Source: Candidatus Latescibacterota bacterium
Lineage (GTDB): Bacteria; Latescibacterota; UBA2968; GCA-2709665
Direction of reading: 5' to 3'
Length of the DNA stretch: 64,000 bases
Assembly (NCBI GenBank): GCA_965205485.1
Contig: OZ242180.1
Coordinates: forward strand, 4,128,001-4,192,000
Shown here: piece by piece, positions 17,619 to 27,437 of the stretch
How the letters are laid out: the number at the start of each line of letters is the position of its first letter
Position numbering within the stretch: position 1 is the first letter of the stretch
Made by a program: the position numbers and the translations under genes
Notes under the pieces: model-generated
Seen by the model: only the letters and a program-made list of their open reading frames with translations
What the model was told of the DNA's origin: nothing
Database searches by the model: none

Positions 17619-19874
17619 TCATCCCGGTCGGAGACCGGCATAACGGACGATCACCTTTCTTATGGAACCGTTCTTAAAGCATACCGTGAGTTTCGTATCC
17701 GGTCCGCTCCCGGTCCGATCCAGAATGTGCCCCCTTCCGAGGGTTGGATGGAGAACGGCGGCGCCCGCATCCATTGGGAACGGGTCGTCGTCATTCGGTT
17801 TTTTCGCGGGCATGATTGCCTGCGATACTCCCCGAACGGCGGTGCCCGCCTTCAGGTGGACAGGCCCGCCGTCATTCGGTATGTTCGTCGACTTGATTGT
17901 CGGAGTAACCTCTCGAACGGCTCCCCCTCGAACGATCAGATCATCCGGAATCTCCCGCAGGAATCTGGATTCGGCATTGACCGTCGCGCCTCCGTAACGC
18001 CGGCGCTGTTCGGCGCAGGTGAGATGGAGTCGGTCCTGCGCTCGCGTGACGCCCACATAGAACAGCCGCCGCTCCTCCTCTACGGCCGCGTCTTCGGCGG
18101 ACGGATTGTCCTGATCCCTCAGGATGGGAAACAAGCCTTCTTCCAGACCCGCAATGAATACCGCGGGAAACTCAAGTCCCTTGGCGCTGTGCAGCGTCAT
18201 CAACGTCACCGAATCAGCCTCTTCGCGCCACTGGTCGACGTCCGTGACCAGCGCGACCTCGCGCAGAAATGCCGGCAGCGAAGAGGTTTCGGATCGTTGC
18301 GCGAAATCCTCAATGGCCACCAGCAGTTCCTGCACATTCTCCGAACGGGAGAGGGTCTCGGCCGGCGTCAATTCCTCGAGTTTCTGCAGATATCCGGTCT
18401 CCTCCACGACGCTGGCAGCCAGCTCGTGAGCGGGCTCATCCTCCACGCGGTTCCGGAATCCATCAATCATGCTGTGAAACGCGCCCATCGCACTTCTCGC
18501 GCGAGCGGTGAGGCCGTCGATGCTGTTGGCGCGGGACAACGCCTCGTACGGTGCGATTCCCTCGCCCGTTGCAAAGGAATCCAGTCTTTCAAGCGAGGTC
18601 TGGCCAATACCGCGCTTAGGGGTATTGACAATCCGGTAAAGGCTGACCGAGTCGCAGGGATTCACGATCAGCCTCAGGTACGCGAGTATGTCCTTGACTT
18701 CCAGGCGTTCGTAGAATCGAACGCCCCCCACGATCACATATGGAATCGCCCGATATCGAAGCCCGTCTTCCAGCGCGCGGGATTGTGCGTTCGTTCGATA
18801 CAATACGGCGATCTGCCCGTAGCTGTATTGCGTTCTCAGGCGCTTCAATTCACGAGCGATCCGCCGGGCTTCGTCCACTTCGTCCGAGCATCGGAACAGC
18901 TGAATCGGTTCCCCGCGATCCCGATTCGTCCAGAGTTCCTTCCCCTTCCGCCCGAGATTGTTGCGAATCACCGCGTTTCCCGCATCGAGTATCACCTGTG
19001 ACGACCTGTAGTTCTGTTCGAGACGGATGACGCGGGCATCGGGAAAATCCCGTTCGAAATTAAGGATGTTTCCCAGATCCGCGCCTCGCCAGGCATAGAT
19101 GCTCTGGTCGTCGTCGCCAACCACGAAGATGCGGCCGTGTTCTTCCGCCAGCATACGCGTTAAGAGGTACTGCGGCCGGTTGGTATCCTGATACTCGTCG
19201 ATCAGACAGTGCTCAAACCGTGCCCGGTACCGCGCCAGAACCTCCGGATCCTCCCGGAAGACCTGCACGGTCAGCATCAGGAGATCGTCGAAATCCACCG
19301 CGTTATTCTGTTGCAGCGCCGACTGGTACTGCCGATAGACCCGTGCGACCTGCTGCTCGTAAAAGGAACCGGCGCGACTGGCGAAAGAGACCGGATCGAC
19401 CATCCGGCTTTTCTCGGAACTGATCCGGGCGCGAATCTTCCGTGGCGGAAACTGCCGCTCGGATATCTCCTGATCCCGAATGACCTGTCGCATCAATGCA
19501 AGCTGGTCGGCCGCGTCGTAAATGGCAAAATTGGAGTCCAGGCCGGCAGCCCCGGATTCCCTCCGCAGGATGCGCGCACACAGGGAGTGGAACGTCCCCA
19601 GCCACATGCCCCTGGTGCTGCGGCTCAACAGTTTTTCCACGCGGCCGTTCATCTCACCCGCGGCCTTGTTGGTGAACGTCGTGGCCAGGATCGCACCCGG
19701 ATGGACGCCGCAAACCTCGATCAGGTACGCGAGCCGGTGGGTCAACACGCGCGTCTTTCCGGAACCGGCCCCCGCCAGCACCAGAACCGGGCGGTCCACA
19801 ACGCTCACCGCCTCCTGCTGCTGTTCGTTCAAACCATCCAGTATCGACAGTCTTTTCTCGGTTTCCGGTTTCAA
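17619..19874 (-). CDS. pcrA: ATP-dependent DNA helicase PcrA/UvrD
   Basis: AGAGSGKT, TFTNKAA, DEYQDTN, VGDDDQSIY.WRGA, TLHSAKGLEF, EEERRLFYVG.TRA. Confidence 0.96.
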   Translation of the reverse strand: MKPETEKRLSILDGLNEQQQEAVSVVDRPVLVLAGAGSGKTRVLTHRLAYLIEVCGVHPGAILATTFTNKAAGEMNGRVEKLLSRSTRGMWLGTFHSLCARILRRESGAAGLDSNFAIYDAADQLALMRQVIRDQEISERQFPPRKIRARISSEKSRMVDPVSFASRAGSFYEQQVARVYRQYQSALQQNNAVDFDDLLMLTVQVFREDPEVLARYRARFEHCLIDEYQDTNRPQYLLTRMLAEEHGRIFVVGDDDQSIYAWRGADLGNILNFERDFPDARVIRLEQNYRSSQVILDAGNAVIRNNLGRKGKELWTNRDRGEPIQLFRCSDEVDEARRIARELKRLRTQYSYGQIAVLYRTNAQSRALEDGLRYRAIPYVIVGGVRFYERLEVKDILAYLRLIVNPCDSVSLYRIVNTPKRGIGQTSLERLDSFATGEGIAPYEALSRANSIDGLTARARSAMGAFHSMIDGFRNRVEDEPAHELAASVVEETGYLQKLEELTPAETLSRSENVQELLVAIEDFAQRSETSSLPAFLREVALVTDVDQWREEADSVTLMTLHSAKGLEFPAVFIAGLEEGLFPILRDQDNPSAEDAAVEEERRLFYVGVTRAQDRLHLTCAEQRRRYGGATVNAESRFLREIPDDLIVRGGAVREVTPTIKSTNIPNDGGPVHLKAGTAVRGVSQAIMPAKKPNDDDPFPMDAGAAVLHPTLGRGHILDRTGSGPDTKLTVCFKNGSIRKVIVRYAGLRPG

Positions 19875-20962
19875 CGCGTCCCCTGCCTCCCCCAGGTGCG
19901 TCTCCTGGCCGATCTGGTCTTTCGCTTCGCATCTTCATGTTCGCGGACGGTTCTGCTGAACACGTGCGATCCGTCTCCCCTCGCCACAAAATAGAGAAAA
20001 TCGACATCTGCCGGGTTCAGCGCCGCCCTCAGCGACGCGGCCCCCGGATTCATGACGGGACCCGGGGGCAGCCCGAGATGGCGATAAGTATTGTATGGAG
20101 AGTCAATCTTGTAGTCCCTGTTAAACAGCCTGCGGGGTCCGTCCTCGATGACATACTGAACCGTCGGATCGGCCTGGAGGTACATCCCTTGCTCTAACCG
20201 GTTGTGGTACACAGCCGAAATTGTTGCGCGTTCCCTGTCCAAACGCGCTTCACCTTCGATAATCGAGGCCAGTGTAACGACTTCATGCGCCGACAGGCCT
20301 GTCTGATGTGCTCGTTCCGCCATCGTACTGTCAAAAACCGTGAAGAAATGCCGTACGAGCATCCGTATGACCTGCTCTTCATCCTTGGTCAGCGGAATCT
20401 GATATGTTTCAGGAAACAGGTAACCTTCAAGGTTGTCCGCGGGCACACCCAACCGGCGGCAATATCCCGGATCGGATGCGAGCTGCCGCATCTTCTTATG
20501 GTCCAGGTCCAGTTCCGACGCAAGGACCGCGAGGGTCCGGGCGAGGGTCATGCCCTCAGGGAGGGTCACACTTCGATACTCGTCTCTGGAATAGGCAAGT
20601 TTCTTGAGAGCTTCCCAGGTGCTGAGGTTTTCGGGGAACCGGTGTATCCCAGCCTTGAGGCGTCTGCTGGTTCCGTCGAACACGGAAAACAGGACCAGAA
20701 GCCTCGGGCTTCTGATCACGCCTTCCCTGTGCAGCAGTTCTCCGATCTGTATTACCGTCATCCCTTTCTGAATGACGACATCCTTTGCGCCTGATCCCGT
20801 GGGCCGGTTCAGGGCGAGAACCACCAGCAACATGCCTGCAACGCCAACGCCGAAAAGCACGAATATCGAGCGAAAAATCGCAGATCCGAACCTATCGGGC
20901 TTCCGGGATCCGGGGCCATCCGAATCGTTCGACGCAAGGCTTCTTTCGTCCTCGGTATGCAT
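19871..20962 (-). CDS. mltG: Endolytic transglycosylase MltG (YceG)
   Basis: N-terminal TM; LEGYLFPETY, LASIIEGE, LQADPT, SPYNTY...GLPPGP. Confidence 0.95.
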   Translation of the reverse strand: MHTEDERSLASNDSDGPGSRKPDRFGSAIFRSIFVLFGVGVAGMLLVVLALNRPTGSGAKDVVIQKGMTVIQIGELLHREGVIRSPRLLVLFSVFDGTSRRLKAGIHRFPENLSTWEALKKLAYSRDEYRSVTLPEGMTLARTLAVLASELDLDHKKMRQLASDPGYCRRLGVPADNLEGYLFPETYQIPLTKDEEQVIRMLVRHFFTVFDSTMAERAHQTGLSAHEVVTLASIIEGEARLDRERATISAVYHNRLEQGMYLQADPTVQYVIEDGPRRLFNRDYKIDSPYNTYRHLGLPPGPVMNPGAASLRAALNPADVDFLYFVARGDGSHVFSRTVREHEDAKRKTRSARRRTWGRQGTR

Positions 20963-21396
20963 CAGGGTTCCGCCGAGTCCCGCGCCTGCAGGTAGTTGTT
21001 CAGGAGCAAGACCGCCGCCATTCGATCCAGAGCTCCCTCTTTATTTCGATCCTTGAGACCGGTCTCACGCATCGTGCGGCGTGCGGCAACCGTGGTAAGC
21101 CGCTCATCCCAGAGGCGAACAGGCAGCCCCGTCGTACGATTCAGCGCGTCGGCGAACGATGCCGCCGCTTCAGCCATCGGGCCTCTGCTTCCGTCCATAT
21201 TGAGCGGCAGACCCACGAGAAGCTCCACGGCACCGACATCCGCTGCCGCCTGTGCCACGGAATCGACGGCGGAACTTCGTGATACCGCCCTTACCGTCGG
21301 CAGTCCGCGCGCGGCCAATCCCAGTTCGTCGGAAACCGCCAACCCCACACGGCGCCGGCCGTAGTCTACCGCGAGAATTCGCATTTTTTCGCGCAT
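20962..21396 (-). CDS. ruvX: YqgF/RuvX family pre-16S rRNA nuclease
   Basis: ILAVDYG..RVGLAVSD, VGLPLNMDG, WDERLTT, DRMAA. Confidence 0.95.
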   Translation of the reverse strand: MREKMRILAVDYGRRRVGLAVSDELGLAARGLPTVRAVSRSSAVDSVAQAAADVGAVELLVGLPLNMDGSRGPMAEAAASFADALNRTTGLPVRLWDERLTTVAARRTMRETGLKDRNKEGALDRMAAVLLLNNYLQARDSAEP

Positions 21397-21483
21397 GGAT
21401 TAAAAAAAGGCGAAACATGCGGCACAACTCCCGGGAACTTCCGGGAGCATGCCCGCCATATTCCGCTTGACGTTACCCAACCT

Positions 21484-21666
21484 TCAGCCATCCTGCCCGT
21501 ACAGGCCTTTGAGGCGATGCCGCTTGTTCATCACCTCACGATGCACGTGAACCAGCCGTTCCCTGGCCTCCTGGTTTCCCGATCGCGCGTGGACAAGCAT
21601 CGCCTCGACCAGTTCTTCCAGTTCGTGAATGTGTACCTGCAGCGCCTGTCGGTTTTCCTGCATCAT
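21484..21666 (-). CDS. Small hypothetical helical protein (60 aa)
   Basis: ATG overlaps the upstream TGA (ATGA); amphipathic LEELVEAML...ARERL sequence. Confidence 0.55.
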   Translation of the reverse strand: MMQENRQALQVHIHELEELVEAMLVHARSGNQEARERLVHVHREVMNKRHRLKGLYGQDG

Positions 21667-22010
21667 CGTCCGGGCTTCTGTCCGTTTCGCCCCGGCACAT
21701 GCGGCCGGTCGCGGGGTGAATAGAGCGACTGCATATATGTCTTCTCCGGATCCTCCGCGGGGCGCCCCCACAGGTTCCTGGCGATCGAGGACAATCTTGT
21801 ACGCAGCGTCTGCTTCCTGTCTTTCAGACAAAGCCGCCGGATCGCCTTTCTCGACGTTCGCTCGGGCACTTCACGGATAAAATCAGCAGCGCTCATGCCC
21901 CTCTGGTGGGCGTGTTCCATCAGATTCGAAAACGCTTCGGCGTCGACCGGGTCCTCGAGACGCGCCATTATCCGATCGTCTTCAAGATATCCGTCAGGCC
22001 GTTGGGACAT
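21663..22010 (-). CDS. Hypothetical protein (115 aa)
   Basis: GGGAGGA RBS before ATG 22010; protein-like composition; coupled to the downstream ORF. Confidence 0.6.
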   Translation of the reverse strand: MSQRPDGYLEDDRIMARLEDPVDAEAFSNLMEHAHQRGMSAADFIREVPERTSRKAIRRLCLKDRKQTLRTRLSSIARNLWGRPAEDPEKTYMQSLYSPRDRPHVPGRNGQKPGR

Positions 22011-22164
22011 CCTGATCCTCCCGATCTCTCATAGCATCCGGGGGAGACCAAAACGCGACGTTTATACAACGAATCGAGCTGACGCTGTACACCCGTCGAG
22101 CGGGACCGGCGGTGCAGGGAATGGCTGCCGTTCGATCAAATAGTATGGCATTCCAGGACTGATG

Positions 22165-23247
22165 TCAACCCTTTTGCCCACCACGGCCCAGTCGGGAGGG
22201 AAGCCTCACTCCGAAACCAGGTTCACTACCTGGTGAGACACGTCCGTCCGCGATTTCAGGCTGCCCTTTCACCCAGTCGATCCACGGCCTGCGCGACTCG
22301 GCCAGCGGGTCCGGATCTATCGAAGCGATCGCGTGCAGCGCCCAGATTTCGCTTCCACGGTGCGGGCATACCCTGACTCCGTGGATTTTACCCATCCTGT
22401 AGATCTTCAGCAACTCTGTAAGTCCGCCGCACCAGGTTACGTCCGGCTGTACGATCGCGTGCAAACGATCCCTCATAAGAACGTCGAAAGCGTCCGCCGT
22501 GTATTCATGTTCCCCGCCCGCGATTGGAATCGGGCTCCGGTCGCGCAACATCCTGTATCCTTCCAGATCCTCCGGGGGCAAGGGTTCCTCGAGCCAGTCA
22601 AGTTTGCACCCCTGCAATGCGTCGATCAACTGCAGCGCCGTTTCGACGTCCAGATTCATCGCCGCGTCCGCCATCAGGCGAACATCCGGTCCGACGACAT
22701 CCCTGACGCGTCGAATAGGTACAACGACGTCCGCGATATCCCGATTCCGATTGAGCCCGGCGTGAAACTTGAGTGCGCGGTACCCCTTCGCGCCGGAGCG
22801 GATCACCTCTTCGGCGGAGAATCCCGTCATATAACACGGGACCGATTCCCGCGGCATCGCGTTGTCGCCAGCAAGCATCCCGGCTATCGGTTTTCCTTCA
22901 CGTTTTCCCCTCAGATCCCACAATGCCAGATCCACGCCGCTGATCGCCATTACCGCAATGCCCTTGCGGCCGTACGGACGTGTGGCCCGATACATCTCGT
23001 CCCAGAGGTCTTCGATCCGCATGGCGTCGCTGCCGAGCAGAAGCCGTCGCAACTCGGTTTGTATAACGTGAATGCCCGCTGCACCGCCGCCCCCAACGCC
23101 ATAGCCCGTCAGCCCGTCTTCGGTCTCCACGCTGACGGCGATCTGACCCATCGAAGTCCGCCAATCGTCCGGACTTTCGGCGGAATTCGGCTGGGTCGCC
23201 GTTACCGAAGTAATTCGCACTTCCGGATCCATCCTTTCGGCATTCAT
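22165..23247 (-). CDS. Mandelate racemase/muconate lactonising enzyme family dehydratase
   Basis: AISGVDLALWDL.GK, LMADA, WLEEP, AGGEHE, QPDVTWCGGLTE; start uncertain. Confidence 0.92.
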   Translation of the reverse strand: MNAERMDPEVRITSVTATQPNSAESPDDWRTSMGQIAVSVETEDGLTGYGVGGGGAAGIHVIQTELRRLLLGSDAMRIEDLWDEMYRATRPYGRKGIAVMAISGVDLALWDLRGKREGKPIAGMLAGDNAMPRESVPCYMTGFSAEEVIRSGAKGYRALKFHAGLNRNRDIADVVVPIRRVRDVVGPDVRLMADAAMNLDVETALQLIDALQGCKLDWLEEPLPPEDLEGYRMLRDRSPIPIAGGEHEYTADAFDVLMRDRLHAIVQPDVTWCGGLTELLKIYRMGKIHGVRVCPHRGSEIWALHAIASIDPDPLAESRRPWIDWVKGQPEIADGRVSPGSEPGFGVRLPSRLGRGGQKG

Positions 23248-23297
23248 TCCCGCGTCCGACAGGCTGCAGGATGCGCCTCCAAACACAAGCCCGTGTC

Positions 23298-23396
23298 TCA
23301 GGTGAAATATTCGATCAGTCTGGCTTTCCGGTAAGCGAAAATCTTCGATAATTCGCCCGCTACGAACAGTCGATTCACCAATGCTCCTCCCGGCAC
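23298..23396 (-). pseudogene. 32-codon remnant resembling the C-terminus of an SRPBCC-family protein
   Basis: VPGGALVNRLFVAGELSKIFAYRKARLIEYFT*; the upstream frame runs into tRNA-Arg after 22 nt. Confidence 0.5.
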
Positions 23397-23418
23397 GTCG
23401 TTTTCGATGAAAATAAAA

Positions 23419-23491
23419 TGCCCCTGGCAGGACTCGAACCTGCGACCAACGGATTAGGAATCCGCTACTCTGTCCTCTGAGCTACAGGGGC
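23419..23491 (-). tRNA. tRNA-Arg(CCT), CCA not encoded
   Basis: GCCCCTG/CAGGGGC acceptor stem, TAGCTCAG, anticodon loop TTCCTAA, GGTTCGAGTCC. Confidence 0.96.
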
Positions 23492-23505
23492 ACAAAAAAA
23501 CTCTG

Positions 23506-24021
23506 CTAACACGAAACAAGCGCGGTCACGTTTTCTCCCTTCAGCCTCGAGCGCCCGTCCAGCGCCGTCAGTTCGATGAGAAAGGAAATACCGAGAATTT
23601 GGCCGCCGAGTCCTTTAACCAGTCGGACAGCCGCCTCCATGGTACCCCCCGTCGCCAGCAGATCATCGAGGAGAAGCACACGCTGACCGGGTACGACCGC
23701 GTCGGTATGAATTTCGATGCTGTCCGTTCCGTACTCAAGCACGTAGCTCGCCGAAGCGGTCTGCGATGGCAGTTTTCCGGATTTTCGGATCGGTACGAAT
23801 CCGGCGCCCAGGTCCCGTGCCACGGCGGCCCCCAGAATGAAACCCCTGGACTCGATCCCCGCCACGACGGACACCTCCTTATTCCGGTACGGGTCCGCAA
23901 GCCGCCGAACGGAAGTGTCGAGTGCCGCGGGGTCCTTCAACAGGGTTGTGATGTCCTTGAAGAGGATGCCCGGTCTCGGAAAATCGGGTACTTCACGGAT
24001 GTATTCCAACAGATTCACCAC
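23506..24021 (-). CDS. apt: Adenine phosphoribosyltransferase
   Basis: PDFPRPGILFKDIT, GIESRGF, RKSGKLP, LEYG, DDLLATGGT. Confidence 0.97.
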   Translation of the reverse strand: MVNLLEYIREVPDFPRPGILFKDITTLLKDPAALDTSVRRLADPYRNKEVSVVAGIESRGFILGAAVARDLGAGFVPIRKSGKLPSQTASASYVLEYGTDSIEIHTDAVVPGQRVLLLDDLLATGGTMEAAVRLVKGLGGQILGISFLIELTALDGRSRLKGENVTALVSC

Positions 24022-24033
24022 GCGCCCCGCTTT

Positions 24034-24315
24034 CTACCAACGTATCTCGAATTCGGACTCAGGACCCGGAACAGGACGCGGCTGCGCGAATGTATCCCCG
24101 ACATCTGCGCCCGGAGGTCCCGTGCCGACCGCATCGACCAGGGCCGAAACGTCAGAGGATTCGCCTTCCGCCTCGAGCTCCACGCTGCCGTCGGCGCAGT
24201 TGCGCACGTACCCGACCAGGCCCAGATTCCGCGCAACGCGACATACGAAAAAACGAAAACCCACTCCCTGAACGACGCCAGATACCCGGACATGGATTCG
24301 CCGCCGGGAATTCAT
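24034..24315 (-). CDS. acyP: Acylphosphatase
   Basis: VSGVVQGVGFR...GYVRNCADGSVE; ATG overlaps the upstream TGA. Confidence 0.95.
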   Translation of the reverse strand: MNSRRRIHVRVSGVVQGVGFRFFVCRVARNLGLVGYVRNCADGSVELEAEGESSDVSALVDAVGTGPPGADVGDTFAQPRPVPGPESEFEIRW

Positions 24316-27179
24316 ACGTCCTCTTCGAGCGCGACCGCTTCCCACAGAATCTGAATCGGGTGGCGCGCGATCCTTCCCGTGGCATGGTGAATCTGTTGTC
24401 TGCACGACAGCCCGGCGGCGGCGATTTCGGTATCCGGCCCCGCCTGCCGGACGACCTTCAGGAGCCGGTCCTCGCCCATCTTCAGGGAAACGTCGTAGTG
24501 TTCCGCCTGATAGCCGAATGCGCCGGCCATGCCGCAGCAGGCCGAGTCGATGGCCGATGCAGAGTATCCGGGCGGTAGATTCAACACCTCGAGAGAGGGA
24601 GCGACACTCCAAAGCGCCTTCTGATGGCAATGTCCGTGGACGAGTATCTCCTTCTTCATGTCCGAAAAGGCCACCCGCAACTCGCCGCGTTCCGCCAGCA
24701 TGCTCAGATAGGTCTCCAATGTATAGCACCGTTCGGAAACCTCCCTGACACGGGTATCCGTATTGAGCTCGGGGTAGTCGTCCGTCAACATGGAAACGCA
24801 ACTGGGTTCGAAGCCCACGATATCGTACCCCTGCGCAACGTACGCATGCAGATGCCGCGTATTGAATGCCAGATTCTCCTTAACCTGCTCCATCATGCCG
24901 CTCGACAGGAGCGGCCGGCCGCAGCACCGCTTCTCAGGAAGGATGACTTCATACCCCGCGGCCTCGAGAAAGCGTGTGGCCGAAATACCGATATCGGGCT
25001 CATTGAAGGTAAGGTAGGTGTCATTGAAAAGTACCACCTTGCGCTCACGCGGCCGCTTCTCGCGTCGGGCGAACCAGTCGGTGAACGTCTGCCGTGCGAA
25101 CCGGGGCAATGCCCTTTTCGACGCGATGCCAAGGAAACCCATTCCCATCCTCGCGAGCCCGGTACCGGCGAACCAGTTCGAAAGCGGCGCCAGCGCGCAT
25201 CCGACGCGGTTCAGGGTCTCGATATTGCCGAACAACCACTCCCGCAGCGGTCTTCCGTGCTTGCCGTAGTAGTGTGCGAGAAATTCATATTTGATCTTGG
25301 CCATGTCCACGTTTGACGGGCACTCGGACTTGCACGCTTTACACTCCAGGCACAGGTCCAGGATCTCGTAGACCCGCTCGTCGGCCAGCCCGCCCTCGAG
25401 TCCGCCGGATATGGCGGCCCGGAGCGCGTTTGCTCTTCCGCGGGTTGAATGGGCCTCGTCGAGCGTCGCCATGTACGAAGGACACATCGTCCCGTGAAGC
25501 TTCTTTCTGCACGCGCCGACGCCGTTGCACATCTCCACAGCGCGATGGAATCCTCCGTCGGCCGAGAAATCGAAGTGGGTGCGCGGCTCCTGAGCCCTGT
25601 ACGCGGGACCGAACCGCAGGTTTTCCGTCATCATGGGCGCGTCAACGATCTTTCCCGGATTCATCAACCCCAGCGGGTCGAACGCGCGTTTGATTTCCCG
25701 AAACGCATTGTACAGCGTGGAACCGAATACCCGTTCATTCCAGCAGCTTCGTGCCAGGCCGTCACCGTGCTCGCCGCTCATCGCTCCGCCGTATCTCAGC
25801 ACCAGTTCCCTTACGGCCTCCGCGATCCCCCGCATTTTCGCCACGCCCGCCGCGGTCTTCAGGTTCACCATCGGACGGATGTGGAGCAGGCCCACGCTGG
25901 CATGCGCGTAGTAGCCGGCCGTGGTATCGTACTCTCGCACGATGCGCTCGAAGTCGCCGATATAATCGGGCAGCTTTTCCGGCGACACGGCGGAATCCTC
26001 GACGAATGCCACCGGTTTCGCATCCCCTTTGACCCCCATCAGCAATCCCAGGCCTGATTTGCGCACGTTCCAGACATCAGCCTGTTCCCCGGCCGACACG
26101 GCCCGTCGAAAGCCATAGCCCAGACCGTGCTTCGACATAGCGGCGTCAAGCGCGTCAAGCCGCGGCGTCAACACCTCGGGCGAATCTCCGAAATATTCCA
26201 CGATAAGCACCGCCCTTGGGTCTCCTTCAACCCATCCCCGCTGCCTGGACAGTGCGATCGATCCACGGGTCTGCTCCAGAATCATGCGATCCACCAGTTC
26301 CACCGCCGCCGGTCCGGTTTCGAGGATGGGTGAGACGGCCGCCATCGACTCGATCAGGTCCTCGAATTGCACGACGCCCAACACCCGGGCGCGAGGAAGC
26401 GGGACTACGCGCAGCCTGGCTTCCAGCACGGTGGCGAGGGTGCCCTCGGATCCAACGACCATACGGCACATATTGAACGGCTGCGGCTTCGTGAATTCAT
26501 CGAGATTGTAACCACCCACGCGACGCAGGATCTTCGGGTACCGGCGATCGATTTCGGACCGATGGATCCGTGCGAGCCTCCGGACCTCCCGGTACGTCTC
26601 GCCTTCGAGGTCCGTCTGTGCCGCCTTCCCGACGACTTCCTCTTCGGACAATTCCCTCAACAGGGTTTCCGTACCGTCCGCGAGAGCCACCTCAAGCTCG
26701 AGAACGTGGTCGATGGTCTTCCCGTAGATCACCGAATGCGCCCCCGCCGAATTGTTGCCGATCATACCTCCAATCGTCGCGCGACTGCTCGTGGCCACGT
26801 CCGGGGCGAATTGCAGACCGTATGGCTTCAGGTACGAATTCAATTCGTCCAGAACCACGCCGGGCTGTACCCGAACCCATCCCTCTTCCTCGTTCAATTC
26901 CAGAATCTGGTTCATGAATTTGGACAAATCCATAATCACGCCGGGGCCGACGCACTGTCCTGCAAGCGCCGTCCCGCCGCCGCGCGGCAAAACGGGTACT
27001 CCGAATTCCCTGGCAAGTCGAAGGACTCGCAGGACGTCCTGCCGGTGCCTGGGCAGAACCACCCCCAACGGTTCGATCTGATACATGCTCGCATCGGTGC
27101 TGTACAGTATCCGCGAGGCCTTGTCGAACCGCACCTCGCCGGACAGTTCCCGTTCGAGCGCCGATAGCAGGGCTTTCAT
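24312..27179 (-). CDS. FAD-binding Fe-S oxidoreductase (GlcD/GlcF fusion, YdiJ-like 2-hydroxyacid dehydrogenase)
   Basis: PRGGGT, GSEGTL, SGEHGDG, CNGVGAC, CLECKACKSECP, CCG motifs. Confidence 0.93.
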   Translation of the reverse strand: MKALLSALERELSGEVRFDKASRILYSTDASMYQIEPLGVVLPRHRQDVLRVLRLAREFGVPVLPRGGGTALAGQCVGPGVIMDLSKFMNQILELNEEEGWVRVQPGVVLDELNSYLKPYGLQFAPDVATSSRATIGGMIGNNSAGAHSVIYGKTIDHVLELEVALADGTETLLRELSEEEVVGKAAQTDLEGETYREVRRLARIHRSEIDRRYPKILRRVGGYNLDEFTKPQPFNMCRMVVGSEGTLATVLEARLRVVPLPRARVLGVVQFEDLIESMAAVSPILETGPAAVELVDRMILEQTRGSIALSRQRGWVEGDPRAVLIVEYFGDSPEVLTPRLDALDAAMSKHGLGYGFRRAVSAGEQADVWNVRKSGLGLLMGVKGDAKPVAFVEDSAVSPEKLPDYIGDFERIVREYDTTAGYYAHASVGLLHIRPMVNLKTAAGVAKMRGIAEAVRELVLRYGGAMSGEHGDGLARSCWNERVFGSTLYNAFREIKRAFDPLGLMNPGKIVDAPMMTENLRFGPAYRAQEPRTHFDFSADGGFHRAVEMCNGVGACRKKLHGTMCPSYMATLDEAHSTRGRANALRAAISGGLEGGLADERVYEILDLCLECKACKSECPSNVDMAKIKYEFLAHYYGKHGRPLREWLFGNIETLNRVGCALAPLSNWFAGTGLARMGMGFLGIASKRALPRFARQTFTDWFARREKRPRERKVVLFNDTYLTFNEPDIGISATRFLEAAGYEVILPEKRCCGRPLLSSGMMEQVKENLAFNTRHLHAYVAQGYDIVGFEPSCVSMLTDDYPELNTDTRVREVSERCYTLETYLSMLAERGELRVAFSDMKKEILVHGHCHQKALWSVAPSLEVLNLPPGYSASAIDSACCGMAGAFGYQAEHYDVSLKMGEDRLLKVVRQAGPDTEIAAAGLSCRQQIHHATGRIARHPIQILWEAVALEEDV

Positions 27180-27299
27180 CAAATCCCCCTTGCGTCGTCC
27201 TGTGCCGCCTGATCTGAAACACTCATCTGCGCCGGTTTGAAGCCGATCCCGTCCGCGGAACCATTCGCTTGGCGGCCATACCGGCGCGGACAAGGCGAT

Positions 27300-27328
27300 A
27301 ATGTAACCCATGCCGGCGGATACGTCAA
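27300..27328 (-). promoter_or_regulatory. sigma70 promoter for the oxidoreductase-acyP-apt-tRNA unit
   Basis: TTGACG-N17-TACATT; a divergent TTGACG-N17-TATCAA lies at 27368-27396 on +. Confidence 0.5.
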
Positions 27329-27437
27329 GATCCAAGGCCCGGAAAGGCGGGCATGCTACGAAATGGCTTGACGCCCCCGGCAAATTGCGCTATCAATGGA
27401 ACACGTACTCACCTGAATCGCAACACGGGGGCTGATC

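Noticed and set aside
15870..19001. Long antisense ORFs (e.g. 15870-17180, 17508-19001; likewise 28857-30236, 35105-36424)
   Set aside because: Shadow frames of well-supported genes in GC-rich DNA, with no motifs
21484..21831. Possible frameshifted single gene across the two small ORFs
   Set aside because: A clean ATGA overlap at 21663-21666 explains two coupled genes; no slippery site seen
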